Shown here in pieces: positions 1 through 12,731 of a stretch of DNA of 64,000 nt. Numbering within the stretch: the first letter of the stretch is position 1; every line of letters starts with the position of its first letter. The DNA lies in assembly GCA_000165425.1 (NCBI GenBank), contig CT868385.1, positions 186,001 to 250,000 of the forward strand, given 5' to 3'. This DNA comes from Paramecium tetraurelia (taxonomy: Eukaryota). The notes beneath the pieces were generated by a model, which saw only the letters and a list, made by a program, of their open reading frames with translations, was not told the origin of the DNA and did not search any database. The position numbers and the translations under genes were made by a program.

Positions 1-147
1 TCGAGTATTGCTTTTTAAATGATTCTTTTTGCATGTTTATTATTTATTTTAATTTTTCAAAATAACATCTGTGAGCAAAAATCATAAATTCCATTTTACG
101 AATAAATTGTCATTAATGAAAAAAATGTATAATACTTTGAATTTTTT

Positions 148-935
148 TCAATATTCACTACCCCCAATCCATCTTAATCGGGCTTCTATAGTCGCATCTG
201 ATTTAATTGATAATTGTTGAAGTGTCTTTTCTCTCTTTGCCCCGGTATTGTAATTTTGACCATATATCACTAAATCGCAAGCTGCCCATTATCTTATTAT
301 AATATAATAGAATACTTTGATGCTCCTAAATAGGCAAGAACAGCATCAGCTAAATCTTCAAGTCTATCATCGGACTTAAACCCACTTTTGAATTCCCTTT
401 TAATGTTCCCATCGATTATTGAAAAGTGAATAGTCACCATTTAAGATTAAACTAAACCAGAATATTATTATTATGAGTAATTATTATTTTGATAAGTTTA
501 ATTCTAAGGATATTATAGATTGGTAACCTATTATGGATTTTAATTTGAAGTTTGATTCTATAAACCAAATTGTTATTATTATTGTTGGCCTTAAGAAGTG
601 CTTTATTAATAATTTGTAGTATTTGGAATTTTATTTGAGGTGTTGATAAGATCACTCTATGGAGTAATTGATTAACTTGTAGGCTAAGTATTGATGGTAA
701 GTTTATCATTTTCGGCATTTCCAATACGACTATTATGATTTAAGAATACGCGTTTTAGGTATGAATAACATGTCCAATTTCTTATATCAGAATTAATACT
801 AAGAAATAAATAAGCTATATACTCATTCTGTTACTGTATATATTCGAACAATTCATGAATTTCTGTATCAGGGTCCATTTCGATGCTCAAGGTTTGCTTC
901 GATGGCAATATTTCGATAGTGAGAGCCTTTGACAT
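148..935 (-). CDS. Two-domain ubiquitin-like protein with Q/N-rich linker and C-terminal diglycine (…ARLRWIGG-SEY*)
   Basis: Ciliate-code translation with 2 tiny introns: MSKALTIEILPSKQTLSIEMDPDTEIHELFEYIQ…NWTCYS…, Q-rich linker, then …CDLVIYGQNYNTGAKREKTLQQLSIKSDATIEARLRWIGGSEY*. The C-terminal part parallels ubiquitin's LIFAGKQL…[23 protein letters not shown]. Confidence 0.7.
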
Positions 936-1083
936 AAAATTAATATATATATTAATATCTTAAACATTTATAGAAATAATATATGAACTCAAGTTTTTAC
1001 AAAATTACGTAGAAAAATAATCCAGTCTCAAATTTATTTAATTGATCAATTTAAATCTATAAAGACTTTATAAAGTTAAAGTT

Positions 1084-2109
1084 TCAATCAATCCATCTAA
1101 TTTTAGCAATCATCTTTGAATCTCGATTTAGATTGGCTTCTTAAATTGTCAAACCTCTTTTGTCTGGGTTGTTGAATTACTTATCGTTTATAAAAATATC
1201 AACAGAAACATAGTCTCTAAAATATATTTATATATAACTTTGTTAGAGAACAAAATCTCAGGACCTCCTCTGCAATTTTCTCTATTTTTTCATAGATATC
1301 AAACATAGCGGTTAGTCTTCGGATACAGGAATTGTCATGAACTAAAATAATGAGAGTAATAGTTTTTGAGCATTGCTTAAATTCTGGACTCTCATATATG
1401 GATTAATTGTATAGGATGTTCTCAAATAAGTCTACTTTTTATGAATTAATATTTCTGCTTGATTGAGTATGTTAGAGTTTATTAGTTTTAATTTGAAATA
1501 TTTCATTTTTAGTGAATCCAATTTTTTCTTCAAGATTCAATTATTTATTTCTTGTCTCTGAGAAGCAAGACCAATTGAATATCTTTTTTTGATCACTAAA
1601 TTTAGTAAGAATACTATTACATTTTATTTTCTTTGGCTAAAAATTCCAATAATTCCTTGACAGAGGTTTCACCATCCATTTCAATATAATGTTTAATGCC
1701 ATCTAGAACAATTGTTTTCTTGTCAATAATATATGATTATTCTAAGGTTTTTATATCTAATGATTATCTAACACTATGTCTATCAGTCGATACGTTAGAA
1801 TTTGAAGTGACTTGATTTTATTCTAAATCTCTTTATTCGTAAATCTCAGAGAAATTATTCTTAAATTCAAAATATACATAAAGTTCTTCATTCTAATAAG
1901 TTTAGATTGTATCTTGATGATTTAATACTTTTTGTTAAGTAAAAGAAAAACAAGTCCAATATTTAATATTTTTATTAGTGCTAAACCCTCAATCATATAT
2001 TTTACTTTGTTTAATCTTATATTAGTTCTAATACGTCTAAAACAAGAGTCCCTTCATCAACCTATAACTAAAAATAACTATGTATTTCTGGTATTGTTAT
2101 TCTTATCAT
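1084..2109 (-). CDS. Three-domain ubiquitin-like protein, tandem paralog of 148..935, lacking the diglycine (…AKIRWID*)
   Basis: MIRITIPEIHSYFQLQVDEGTLVLDVLELI…YWTCFS; second repeat …IEMDGETSVKELLEFL…NWSCFS; C-terminal domain …VDIFINDKQFNNPDKRGLTIQEANLNRDSKMIAKIRWID*. Three introns lie at positions equivalent to those in the neighbouring gene. Confidence 0.7.
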
Positions 2110-2137
2110 TAAATTTAGATAAATAATTATTGATTTG

Positions 2138-2601
2138 ATGATATATTAATTATAAATCGAGTTTATAATATGCTATAAGAAGAACTATATCGCAACATTT
2201 AAGAATAATAATAAATACACTAAATATATTGAATCCTACACTGTGCATTCCCATTTAAGAATGAAGAGTTTGTAAGAGAATATTAAATTAATTTAGATAC
2301 CAATATTACCCAATTTATTATAATTATTATTTTGATTGGAAAGTATTAAATTCTGGTTTTCTTCTTCTTATACACTTATATAAAGTGTTTTTAAAAGTTT
2401 TGTAAACCTGGACTTTAAACTTTCTATCTAAATAATTACAACTCCATGCCAAATAAATCTTCTAATTTTAAAGATGATTATTCAATCTTCAAATCTAGTG
2501 GAGAACGTTTAAGAACATCAAAGACTACCAGTATATTTGAAAAAACATTATTGAATTGCATAAATGTTGGTATAATTCCTTAATCTGACAGATCAAAATG
2601 A
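2138..2601 (+). CDS. Hypothetical protein
   Basis: Open frame under the ciliate code if one 25-nt GT..AG intron (gtaagag…ttag) is removed. No recognisable motif, and the start is uncertain. Confidence 0.25.
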
Positions 2602-2665
2602 ACATTTATAAAATGATATGTTATTAATATAAAAAGCTAAATTCTTTATAGTAATAAATTAAATT

Positions 2666-4716
2666 ATGATTTTACTTAGATTAATCCGAAGAGCTGATGT
2701 GTTGGTTAAACCTTTCTAATTTAATGTTCACAACAGGAAGCGGACGTAAACTTTGATAGGTTTGTAATTATGAAATTTAGGGGGAATTTTCTCGATTCTA
2801 CTATTCGTGACCTATATATTGTATGGAATCAGTTTGTTTAATCGATAAGAATTAAATTAGAACACAATTTATGCTGGCTCATAGTCAGATTTTTAAGATG
2901 ATTACAGTTTAAATCAATCAATAGTTAAATTTGCAGTTGAAATCTCTCCAATCTCAAAGGAACCCTTTGAAAACTATACATACATCTAACAGTATTAATT
3001 ATAGAGAAATTTAGATATCTAAATTTGGATGTGTTTTATATTGATTAAAGAAGAGTTAGCGAAGTTGTTGGATACAAAAGGAATTAGACAAAACTCATAA
3101 TGAAGAAATGTGAAAAGACATATATTAATGGATTCAATTTTTAGAATGCCACTTTGACAGAGAATTAAAAGGAACAGCTTCTCTGCTTCGAAGGACAATT
3201 TAATATATCTGGATAATTTTATGATCCAGTATTTCAATATGTAAAAATTCAGTTGAATATTTGTGATAATCAAACAAATCCTGATTGCAAATCAATTTAA
3301 GAAATTGAAAAATTTATTAGTCAAGGGTAGAATTACATTTTAAAAAAAACTAGTATCAATATAGATCTCTTCATCAAAGGAGACAGGATAAAGAAAGCCC
3401 TGAATATGAGCGCACCAGCCGAAACATATCCAAAAAACATGTTTTGGAGATTGACTACAGGAGTGGCAAATAATGAAGATATATATATGGCACCTATCTC
3501 CTTAGATATAAGTATTACATTTAAATAAGTAAGAAAAAAATAGTTTATTTGCAAAATTAACAACTTAAGGGTCCAATCAGAACATTTTCAAGTCTGCTGC
3601 AATATTTAAATCCGAAAGAAGATAGGAATCTATTAATTTATCATATGGAGTCTTGATGAATTCCTTTTATCTAAGGGCCGGGTCTGAAAGCTTTTATTAT
3701 TTCTCTTATTAATAAGATTGGCTAGTTATCTTATTATCCTCGATATCAGAAACTACCTCTTTAATAGTTACATTCTTAAGAATCCTTTAATTCTTTTATG
3801 GATTTTATAATAAACATAAGACATTTGAGACTTTAATGAACAACGTGTTCAAATTTGATATCACTAAAAATACTCGTTCTGATTTTGAAGAAAATATGCA
3901 AGGTAGTGGAATGCATATTGATCCATAATAAAATGTATTAATAAAAAAGTAGAAATTAGAAAAAGTAACTCTATTATTAAATTAGATTATTAATTTCACC
4001 ATCTAATATCCTATGTGGAGATACATACTCTATAAATTATCAAAATTATTTTTGTGTTTAAAACAAAGGTTCAATTTATGTTAGATTGCATAAGAGGAAA
4101 TGATTACGATCTCATAATTGGCAAAAAATAAAATTCAGAATGATTTAGATTTAACTAATATTCTCAAAAAACTATATGAAATCGATTGCCTTAAGCTCCT
4201 ATTATTTGATGATGATCAATTGTTAATATTCAATAGTTTTAGCTCTCCTGTATTTGAGGATAATATGGTTTAATAATAGCACTTTTAAGAAATCGTTAAG
4301 TTATAAGGATATAGGCGTTCCTTAAGAACTTAAACTTTTAGTAAAGTAGACTTTAAATTTGTTAATTCATAAAGTATTTACATCAATTAATTAATTAATT
4401 AGAACTACCTTTTACTTAAAAATTAAAGAAACTTTCAAGATTCTTTAGTGCCTAGATGTTACCAAACAATGCAGAAGAATTGACCAATATTTTTAGAAAA
4501 ATTCTTGAAGATTAAAATGTTAATTTCAAAAAAAATCAGAAATTGCTCAAATTTGCTCAATCTAATTATTCATTGTATAAATTAGTACAACAGTATTGCT
4601 ATGCCAGTGCAAATGTCACAGTTGAGAGAAAAACAAACGAAGCTCTTTCTTTAGAAGGTGAAGACAGACATAATGTTTAGAATCTGTAGGTACATATGAG
4701 AACTTTAAATAAGTGA
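2666..4716 (+). CDS. Ciliate-expanded two-transmembrane protein with large Cys-containing extracellular loop
   Basis: MILLRLIRRADVLVKPFQFNV…LIGGIFSILLFVTYILYGISLF (TM1); loop with spaced Cys; TM2 region LVILLSSISETTSLIVTFLRILQFFYGFYN; C-terminal DLDLTNILKKLYEIDCLKLLLFDDDQLLIFN motif typical of this large ciliate family; several tiny introns. Confidence 0.7.
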
Positions 4717-4851
4717 TATGTTAAATCAAATAAATAAATAAAACTTAAATATCATACTTTAGAATTAGATAATAAATGAATTTTTTTTTAATTATTGATT
4801 GTTTGAGAGCAATGATTGCAACAAATTATTAAACTCATTTAACATTTTGAT

Positions 4852-5469
4852 TCATTCTCTGTTTTATCTTTCAAATTAAGGATCAAACTCCCAAGGTTTC
4901 ATGCCTATTTTATAATTTTTATCTGGTTAAGTTTTACCAACCTCACCTAAACACATATACCCTTAATCATAGAGTGAACAATAAGGTATGTTAAAAGTTC
5001 TAATAAATTCCCAAATTTAAGAATAATTCCATTCTAAAATAGGATTGATGCGTAAAAGACTTGGGTAATTATTATCTGTTATTGAAATTAAATTAAGGGT
5101 TTTTCCATGGGGATCACTTCTTCGTGTTCCCATTATCACAGCTTGTAATTATACTTAATTTTGGAGATTCTCCTTAACACACCCTTTACATTCCACAATT
5201 TATAAGTTCAAGGCCTTTTTTTATTATTCCATAAATTCTATGATCTCAGGGAATGGTTACTTTTCTTTAAAATATATACATTCAATTTCTCTAGATATTT
5301 ATAATTTCTCTAAAGCCATCTTCGCTAAGTAGAGAACCACTGTCGCATCCTTACCTCCGTTGAAACAGATTTTGATTTATGGAAATTTAAATATCTAGAA
5401 TATTTTAACTAAGAAATCAATAGCTTCTTAAAATAAAATAGTAGAGGGCTATGAATTTTAATTATCCAT
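4852..5469 (-). CDS. FAD1: FAD synthetase (PAPS reductase fold, FAD1/FLAD1-like)
   Basis: Intronless 205-aa ORF with CFNGGKDATVVL, GTRRSDP, RINPILEWNYSQIWEF, IPYCSLYDQGY and C-terminal ERQNR motifs. Confidence 0.85.
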
Positions 5470-6353
5470 TAATAAAATTATGTGTTATATAAAATAAATT
5501 ATTTATTTAAGTCTATAAACTTATTATAACAAATTATATTGAAAGTTCAGGGATGCTTGAACTAACTAAAAATAAGAATGTATAATGATTAATACGTAAA
5601 TAAATAGTAAGGGTTCTTTTTTTTGAATTTCAATACATAACTTATTCTAATATTCATTAAATTATAATTAGAATGGTCCTCAAATTTTGCTCATTTTTTT
5701 GAAAATAATTTAGATTAATTGTATTTATTAATATTACTGCATTTATGACCTGAATACAATTATTTTAGATATCATAGTTTTCTACACTATTACTAAAACA
5801 GGGCGAATTTTAAAGTTGAATATTTGATGTAATTACCATAACTTTATAAATGAATGGTTATGATATTAAATAAAAAGGGTATCATTTTTTACTAATCATC
5901 ACTACAATAACGTCATTTTTAATTAAAATTAAATTAATTTCTAAAAATGGCGTAATAGCGAAAAAAATAATATTTACTCAGAAAAATTAAATATAAATAA
6001 AAATAACAAATTGATTCAATAACATTCAATAAAATGAATAGATAAATAAGAAGCGAAAGTTAAAATAAGGAATAAGACATTGATTAAAACAATTGAAATT
6101 GGTTTGCGAAAAAATGAGTTATGCAATAGTATAAACTAAAGTTTGATAACAATTTTCAATTCTTATGAATTCGATTTGAAATGCTGTAATTGATTAATAT
6201 GTTAATAATTATTATGAATAATTTGAATTAAATATATTTAAAAATATATTAGTGAATTTATTAATTTACACTAAGCAAATGGAGATGAATATAAAAATCA
6301 AAAGAAAATAGTTTTGAACATAATATTTATTTTATTATTTATCAGATACAATT

Positions 6354-9300
6354 ATGGATTCGATAAATTATCAAACAACAACATCAGGAGCAAAGGATGC
6401 CTTAGAGTTTTCATCAAGAGATCTTGGGTAAAATAAGAATCAATAATAGAGTATCTTCGATGGAATTTTAGGGTGAATTCGATGATCAATACAAATTGAT
6501 TGCGATCTATTATAAGATCAATAAATTAAAGAACGCCTTTTTTATTTTCCTGATGGTGATAACAGGAGGTTTAGTTTACTTGTTTTATCGATGGTTTCTT
6601 TCATTTAAGCTTGCCATCCGTTACTCATAATGTAATTTCATGGAGATGACGCATTTACTAATAAACAAAACTAAAAATGATATCAGAATTGCTGAAGATT
6701 AATTAGTTGAAGTATAACAAAACACACGCAAATTACCAAATTGTAATTATGCACGCATGTTCGAATACGAGTAAATGATATTAATTATTTTTATAGGCTT
6801 AGTTAATTTTACATAGATTGCTAGACATTTTAACTTAATTATTTAAAGAACTCCTTCTCTCATTTAACTTGTGCCTAATTAACAGTCGCAACTGATTTAA
6901 ATGAATGGTCTGAAGTTTATGGTAGAAATGTTATGGATGTTCCGATAAAGTCGATTCCATTATTGATTTTAGATGAGATTCTTACACCTTTTAATATATT
7001 TTAAGTAAAAGAAATTGTATTCTTAGATATTCGCTTTGGTGATTTGGGCTGTTGATAATTATGTCTTATATGCTGTTTTAATCTTTGTGTTGACATTGTT
7101 TTAGATGATTATGCAATTAAGAGAAATTAGAGCAAATTTGTTTAAGATACGAAACATGATATTATTTAGCACAACTGTTAAAGTTTGTTAGTTTGAATCA
7201 ATTGTTGAAAAATCTTCAATTGATTTATCTCCTGGAGATATAATAATCGTAGAAGGGAATACAAAGATATCATGTGATTGTATATTGATTGATGGAGCTT
7301 GTGTGATGAATGAAGCAATACTTACTGGAGAATCAGTGCCGGTAAATAAAACAGCTTTATTGAAAACCAACAATTTATTTAGATAAAAAGAGAATGAGAA
7401 TTCGATGTTGTATTGTGGAACCTTCTGTCTAAGGAGTTATTCTAATTCAAATTAGCCAGTGAAGGCATTGGTCTACTAAACTGGATTTCAAACTTTGAAA
7501 GGAGGATTGGCTAGATCGATATTATTCAATGTGAATTAGAGTTTCAGTTTTTAAAGAGACTCTTTAAAATATTTATTTGTTTTGGCCTTCCTAGGAGTAG
7601 TTCAATCAGTGATTTCATTATATTTAGATTTTTCAAATGATGCAACTGTTGGAGAAGCCATAATAAATGCTTTAGAATTATTAACCATAATAATTCCTCC
7701 TGCACTTCCAACTGCTTTGGCTGCAGGTGTTTCATTAGCTTTGAACAGATTGGAGAAATAGAAGATACAATGTATCAAACCAGATAAAGTGAATGTGGCA
7801 GCTAAAGTTAATATTTGTGCATTTGATAAAACTGGAACCCTTACTGAATTAGGTTTAGATGTTGTAGGTTTCAGGCCGATCAAAGGAATGGGATTTGATA
7901 AGAAAGTATAGATTTCAGAATGTGATGAAATCTCTATAGAAGGAATGGCAACTTGTCATTCTTTATCCTTGATAGATAATGAAGTTCAAGGGGATCCTAT
8001 TGATTTAAATATGTTTCTATAAACTGGATGGAAGTTTACAGAAAAAGACATTACTTTTCAAGATAAGTCACTAACTTTAATTCGAAGATTTGAGTTCTAA
8101 GCTGAGTTATAAAGAATGTCAGTAATTGTTAGTGATCATAAATTGTTTTGTAAAGGATCACCTGAAATGATTCAGACCATTTGTCAAAAGGTACCAGAAA
8201 ATTACAAAACAATCCTCAATAGATATGCTTCTAAAGGTTATCGAGTAATAGCTTTGGCTTATAGAGAAATTCCAAAAGTCTTGAAATCAGAAATATTAAC
8301 TGGAAAACGGGAGTTATTTGAATCTCAATTAGTCTTTTTGGGATTTCTAATTTTTGAGAATAGATTAAAAGAATTAACATCCAGAACTATTAGAGAACTA
8401 AAGGCTTCTAATCTAAAACCAATAATGGTGACTGGTGACAATCCCTTAACTGCTATCAATATAGGATAGCAATGCTATATATTGGAATAAAATTAAAAGA
8501 TCTATCTTAGTTAAATAAAGGACTAAGATATCATCTGGCAAGAGATGGCAATGTAGGATCAAGTAATTAATGAAGGCAGTTCATACAGTATTGATAATAT
8601 TCAATCAAAGACATTAACAACTGATGATATTTTGAGATCCAATAATAATTTCTAACTATGTATCACAGGTGATGTGTTTGAACAATTACAATACTAATAC
8701 AATCAAGCTATCAATAAAGAAGAAATTTTGAATTTGTTTAGTCAAATCTTCATTTATGCTAGAATGAAACCAAATCATAAAGGAGATTTGATGATACTCT
8801 TAAAACAAGATAAAAAAAACTTTATAGCTTTTTGTGGAGATGGCACCAATGATACATGTGCATTGAGATAAGCTGATGTAGGTTTGGCATTGTCAACAGA
8901 AGATGCCTCTTTAGCTGCTCCATTTACGTCATCAATTTTCAATATTTCAAGTTTGATTACTCTCATTAGAGAAGGTAGAGCTTGTTTGGTTACGTGTGTT
9001 GAATGCTTTAAATTTATGACTTTGTATTCCTGCATCTAATCTGCCATGGTTTTATAATGCTATTTCTGGAATACAGATCTATCATTATACTAATATTTGT
9101 ATCAAGATCTTTGGTTAATAATTCCATTGGCGTTCACTATGGATTTAACAAGTGCTTTTCCTACTCTGGCCAGATATAGACCAATAAGCGATTTGATTTC
9201 AATTCCCATTATTTCATCTGTGGCAGTAGCAGCACTATCCAGCATTGCTATGTAAGTTGGGTTGATTCAGTATCTCACATCATAAGAAGAGTTTGAACTA

Positions 9301-9710
9301 GACGAACCTGATGAAGGAGCTCCTGGCTAAATCAATACAGTAAATGTTAATTATATTCTTTTAGATGTTGATACTTTTATCTAATTCAGAAGTGCTCGCA
9401 GTTGCTATTGCATTTACGTAGGGGCCACCATTTAGACAACAGGTTTATAAAAACCTCGCTTATATTGTGACAGTAACATTAGGCATTTTAGGACATATCT
9501 TTGTTATCTTTTACCCATAAGGATTTTAACATTTGGAGGTTTTATTTTAGATTATAATTTTAGATTGTAGTAATTACTTCATTAAGATTTGAATGGATCA
9601 TTATTGGGTTTAGTCTAATTATAGGAGTGTTTATAATTCTTTATGAAAAATTTGTAACTCAAGCCTTAGTAAAAAAATATTCTCAACAAGATGTCAATTT
9701 ATCAGTGTGA
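6354..9710 (+). CDS. P5B-type P-ATPase (ATP13A2/Ypk9-like, putative polyamine transporter)
   Basis: LTGESVPV actuator motif, TM4 IPPALP (PPALP marks P5B, versus PPELP in P5A), DKTGTLT phosphorylation site, KGSPE, VTGDNPLTA, GDGTNDTCALRQADVG; multiple tiny introns. Confidence 0.92.
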
Positions 9711-10221
9711 TACACCTTTTATAGTATTTAAACAAATATTAAGTTTTTAATATTTAAATTATAAATAGACTATTGTCTTATTCTTCAATAATTTCTATCT
9801 ATAACAATTATACAATAAATACTAATAGTTTTTGTATGAATTAATAATGCAAATAGCTTATGTGATGTTAAATTGTGTGAAAATATGTAAGTTTTTTTTT
9901 TATAAATGCTCAAATAACTTTTCCATGCTTTAAAAGTATACTAAATAAATTATTTTAAGTTATAAGGTTCTAATCATTTTGATTTCAGAGGCAAATAAGG
10001 CTGGTCCATCTAAAATAATTTAAATAGTAAAGCAACTAAATTTACATCTTTTGAGTAATATTCATGTTGCTTTATTATTAATTAAAAATGAAGTAAAAAT
10101 AAATCAAGAAAAATATTTGAAAGACTTTATAGTTTTAAAAAAGAAATAACATTAAAAATACAATTGTAATTTAACAGAAGTTGACTAAATTTTCCTTTTT
10201 ATATTTTAATCAATATGTAAC

Positions 10222-11249
10222 TCATTTTTAATTAAAATAACCTGATAATAGCTTTCTGAATGTTTCACTAAAATCAGCCCATTCTTTTCTCAATAGAATA
10301 CCATCCCCATCTTCATCCATATATTCAAAGATCTCTCTTACGTGTACCATAGACACCGCAAAAGTATTTAATTATGCAGCACATTCCTTAGGAGTTAATT
10401 CCCCATCTCCATTATCATCTAATAATTAATAGATCCAATTAAATAACCCATCCCATCTTTCAAACCTTTCAAGAATCCAAAATCCTATCTTTCTAACAAA
10501 TAGATCTTTATCATCCTTTGAATGTTTGGTCTATTCTTCATAATGTTTTACAAATGTCTTGAATCCATCATGTAACATTTGTAATCCTCTATCCAATTGC
10601 AAATGTATTAAGTCTCTATGATTTCTCTCATCCCTATTGATGGCTGTAAATTAAGCTGTAATATTGTAAGGGTTAGACAATGCCCCATGAAACTTTTCCC
10701 ATTCCTACAAATCTTGGATCAACTTAGGTCTTAAAACCTTATTACAAAAATTAATCCATTCAGTTCTCATAATTTTTGTATCAATATTTCTATCAATTAG
10801 CATTCTTAAAGAATCTAATTTCTATCGATCCCCTACATCATCAATCATATCAGCGAATGATTCATATTCACTCTTACTTATATAGTTATTCCCTTCATAA
10901 AGCAAGTTAGATACCTGTAACATCGAATAGTTAAAAGAGCATGGTTTCAGTGACTCTCCATTTTACATCATTTCTGATTAAATAATTGATCAAATAAACA
11001 TTCTCAGCATGTTCAGCAAATTTATTATGTTTGTTCAACAGGATATTAAGGAAAACTTCATAAAAATGAATTGCATGTTCTCGAGTAATTCCTTTTCCTT
11101 AAGAGAGAGTAGGTTGTCTAAAATAAGTGGATAAAATACAGATCTTCGTCTAGATCAAATTTTTTTTGTTTTGGTTTCATATATATATACAGGAGAAGCA
11201 AGACCACAATAAGTATGAATGGCTTAAGTAGTTTATTCGTAGCCTTCAT
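10222..11249 (-). CDS. EF-hand protein with N-terminal signal anchor (4 EF-hand-like loops)
   Basis: MKATNKLLKPFILIVVLLLLYIYMKPK (signal anchor), then loops DVTGNNYISKSE, DRNIDTKIMRTE, DDNGDGELTPKE, DEDGDGILLRKE; two tiny introns. Confidence 0.75.
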
Positions 11250-11328
11250 TGAAATTAATAAATAATTAAATATTTATAGCCAAAGTAAAATGCCTGCTTT
11301 ATATTATCTACATAAATTTATATGCTTG

Positions 11329-11592
11329 TCATATCAGGAAATCCATTGTTGATGGTTCTTGCAATTTACTTTTTTTATTTTTCTTATTATTTTCTTAAGA
11401 ATGGCCCTTTTCTTCTTTCTATTTGTCAACAGTTTGTGTTTCCTTGTTGATTCTTTTTTAAAATCTAAATTGGATGATTTACACATTTCTGTCAAATTGC
11501 ATAATTTCCACTTTTTCTTCAATAAATATTATTTGCCACTTCTTCTTAAAATAGCATCCAATTAATTCTTTAAACTATTTTATATATTACAT
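11329..11592 (-). CDS. Small hypothetical K/Q-rich protein
   Basis: 87-aa intronless open frame MQYIKQFKELIGCYFKKKWQ…EPSTMDFLI* filling the gap between two genes; no motif. Confidence 0.4.
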
Positions 11593-11635
11593 CTGAATAA
11601 ATATTTATTATATATATATTAAATTTGATACATTA

Positions 11636-12314
11636 TCAAGTCAAATACTTGTCTAATAAATTTGGGTCCAAACCTTCCATCTACATTTTCATTTTCAACT
11701 ATTAAGAATTGACTCCATAACTTAATAGTTTTTTGTATTTATCTAATCTTTCTAAATTGTTTTTAATATGAATTTATACCATCTTCAACTTCCTCTTATT
11801 ATTAGGGTTGCTCCTCTTAAACTTATTCAGCTTATGCTCCTTATTATTATTCAATTTAAGGTGGTGATGGAATAGCAGCAGCATAAGAGGCTTCTTAATT
11901 TTGTACAGCCTATTAATAGTTTTAAGGAGGAGGCGGAGGTGGTGGAGGAGGAGGAGGAATAGCATTATTTTGATCATCTAATATTGCAACAACTACATAC
12001 TTTATTGTTATACAGACTGGGGTTGTGCCACTTACTATTGTTATTGAAGAGGAGGCACCACCAATCCATTTAAGAATTCAGGAGGCACTGATTCCAGTTT
12101 CTTTTCCAATAAAAGTACTTTAGATTCAATCTCATCAAGAACTACTTCCATCTCAAATAATTTGTTTTCATTGAAATGTCCGAATCTGTAATTATTTTTG
12201 TTCATAATACTTGTTCAAAAAGTCAATGTTCTAAAGCATATATTCATTCAATACGGCAATCGTATTTTTGTATGGAATAGGCTCTAGTTAATTCAAGTCT
12301 ATAAAACTTTCCAT
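11636..12314 (-). CDS. WASHC3: WASH complex subunit 3 (CCDC53)
   Basis: N-terminal IDLNQLEPIPYKNTIAVLNEY…IESKVLLLEKKLESVP, poly-Pro linker, C-terminal KYKKLLSYGV…LKMKMQMEGLDPNLL; this matches CCDC53 architecture. Confidence 0.85.
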
Positions 12315-12345
12315 TATACAAAAATATAAAATATAAATTAATCAA

Positions 12346-12731
12346 TCATTCCGAAACAAACAATTTCTTTTATTTTTGGGATTATTTCATCGATAAAATC
12401 CTCTACACTTAATCACCTTCCAAATCAGAATCCTCTTCTTTAAAGTATTTATAATTTGGTCTTTTGTACAATGCTTTTTTCTTCTCCTCCTTTTGCTTTG
12501 GTATCAGCCTTAATTTGATAATTATTAATACCCTCGGTAAGTGCAAAGAATTGGTATATTATATGCTTTGGCATAATTTTTCATATAGAAAGTTTCAGTC
12601 TCTTTCAAATCACTTTTGTCTAGAAATCTCATGTATTATATTCTTAGAGGATTTTAAAACTTTAACTTGTAGCTAGGATTCAGTTTTAAAGGTTGGTGAT
12701 CTAATAATGGAAGTTTTATATCTGATTTCAT
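12346..12731 (-). CDS. Hypothetical protein
   Basis: MKSDIKLPLLDHQPLKLNPSYKLKF…KRPNYKYFKEEDSDLEG…KKLFVSE*; the intron structure is unresolved. Confidence 0.45.

Noticed and set aside
11800..12065. GC-richer ggaggaggtggt repeat-like tract
   Set aside because: It is the poly-Pro/Gln linker of WASHC3 on the minus strand.
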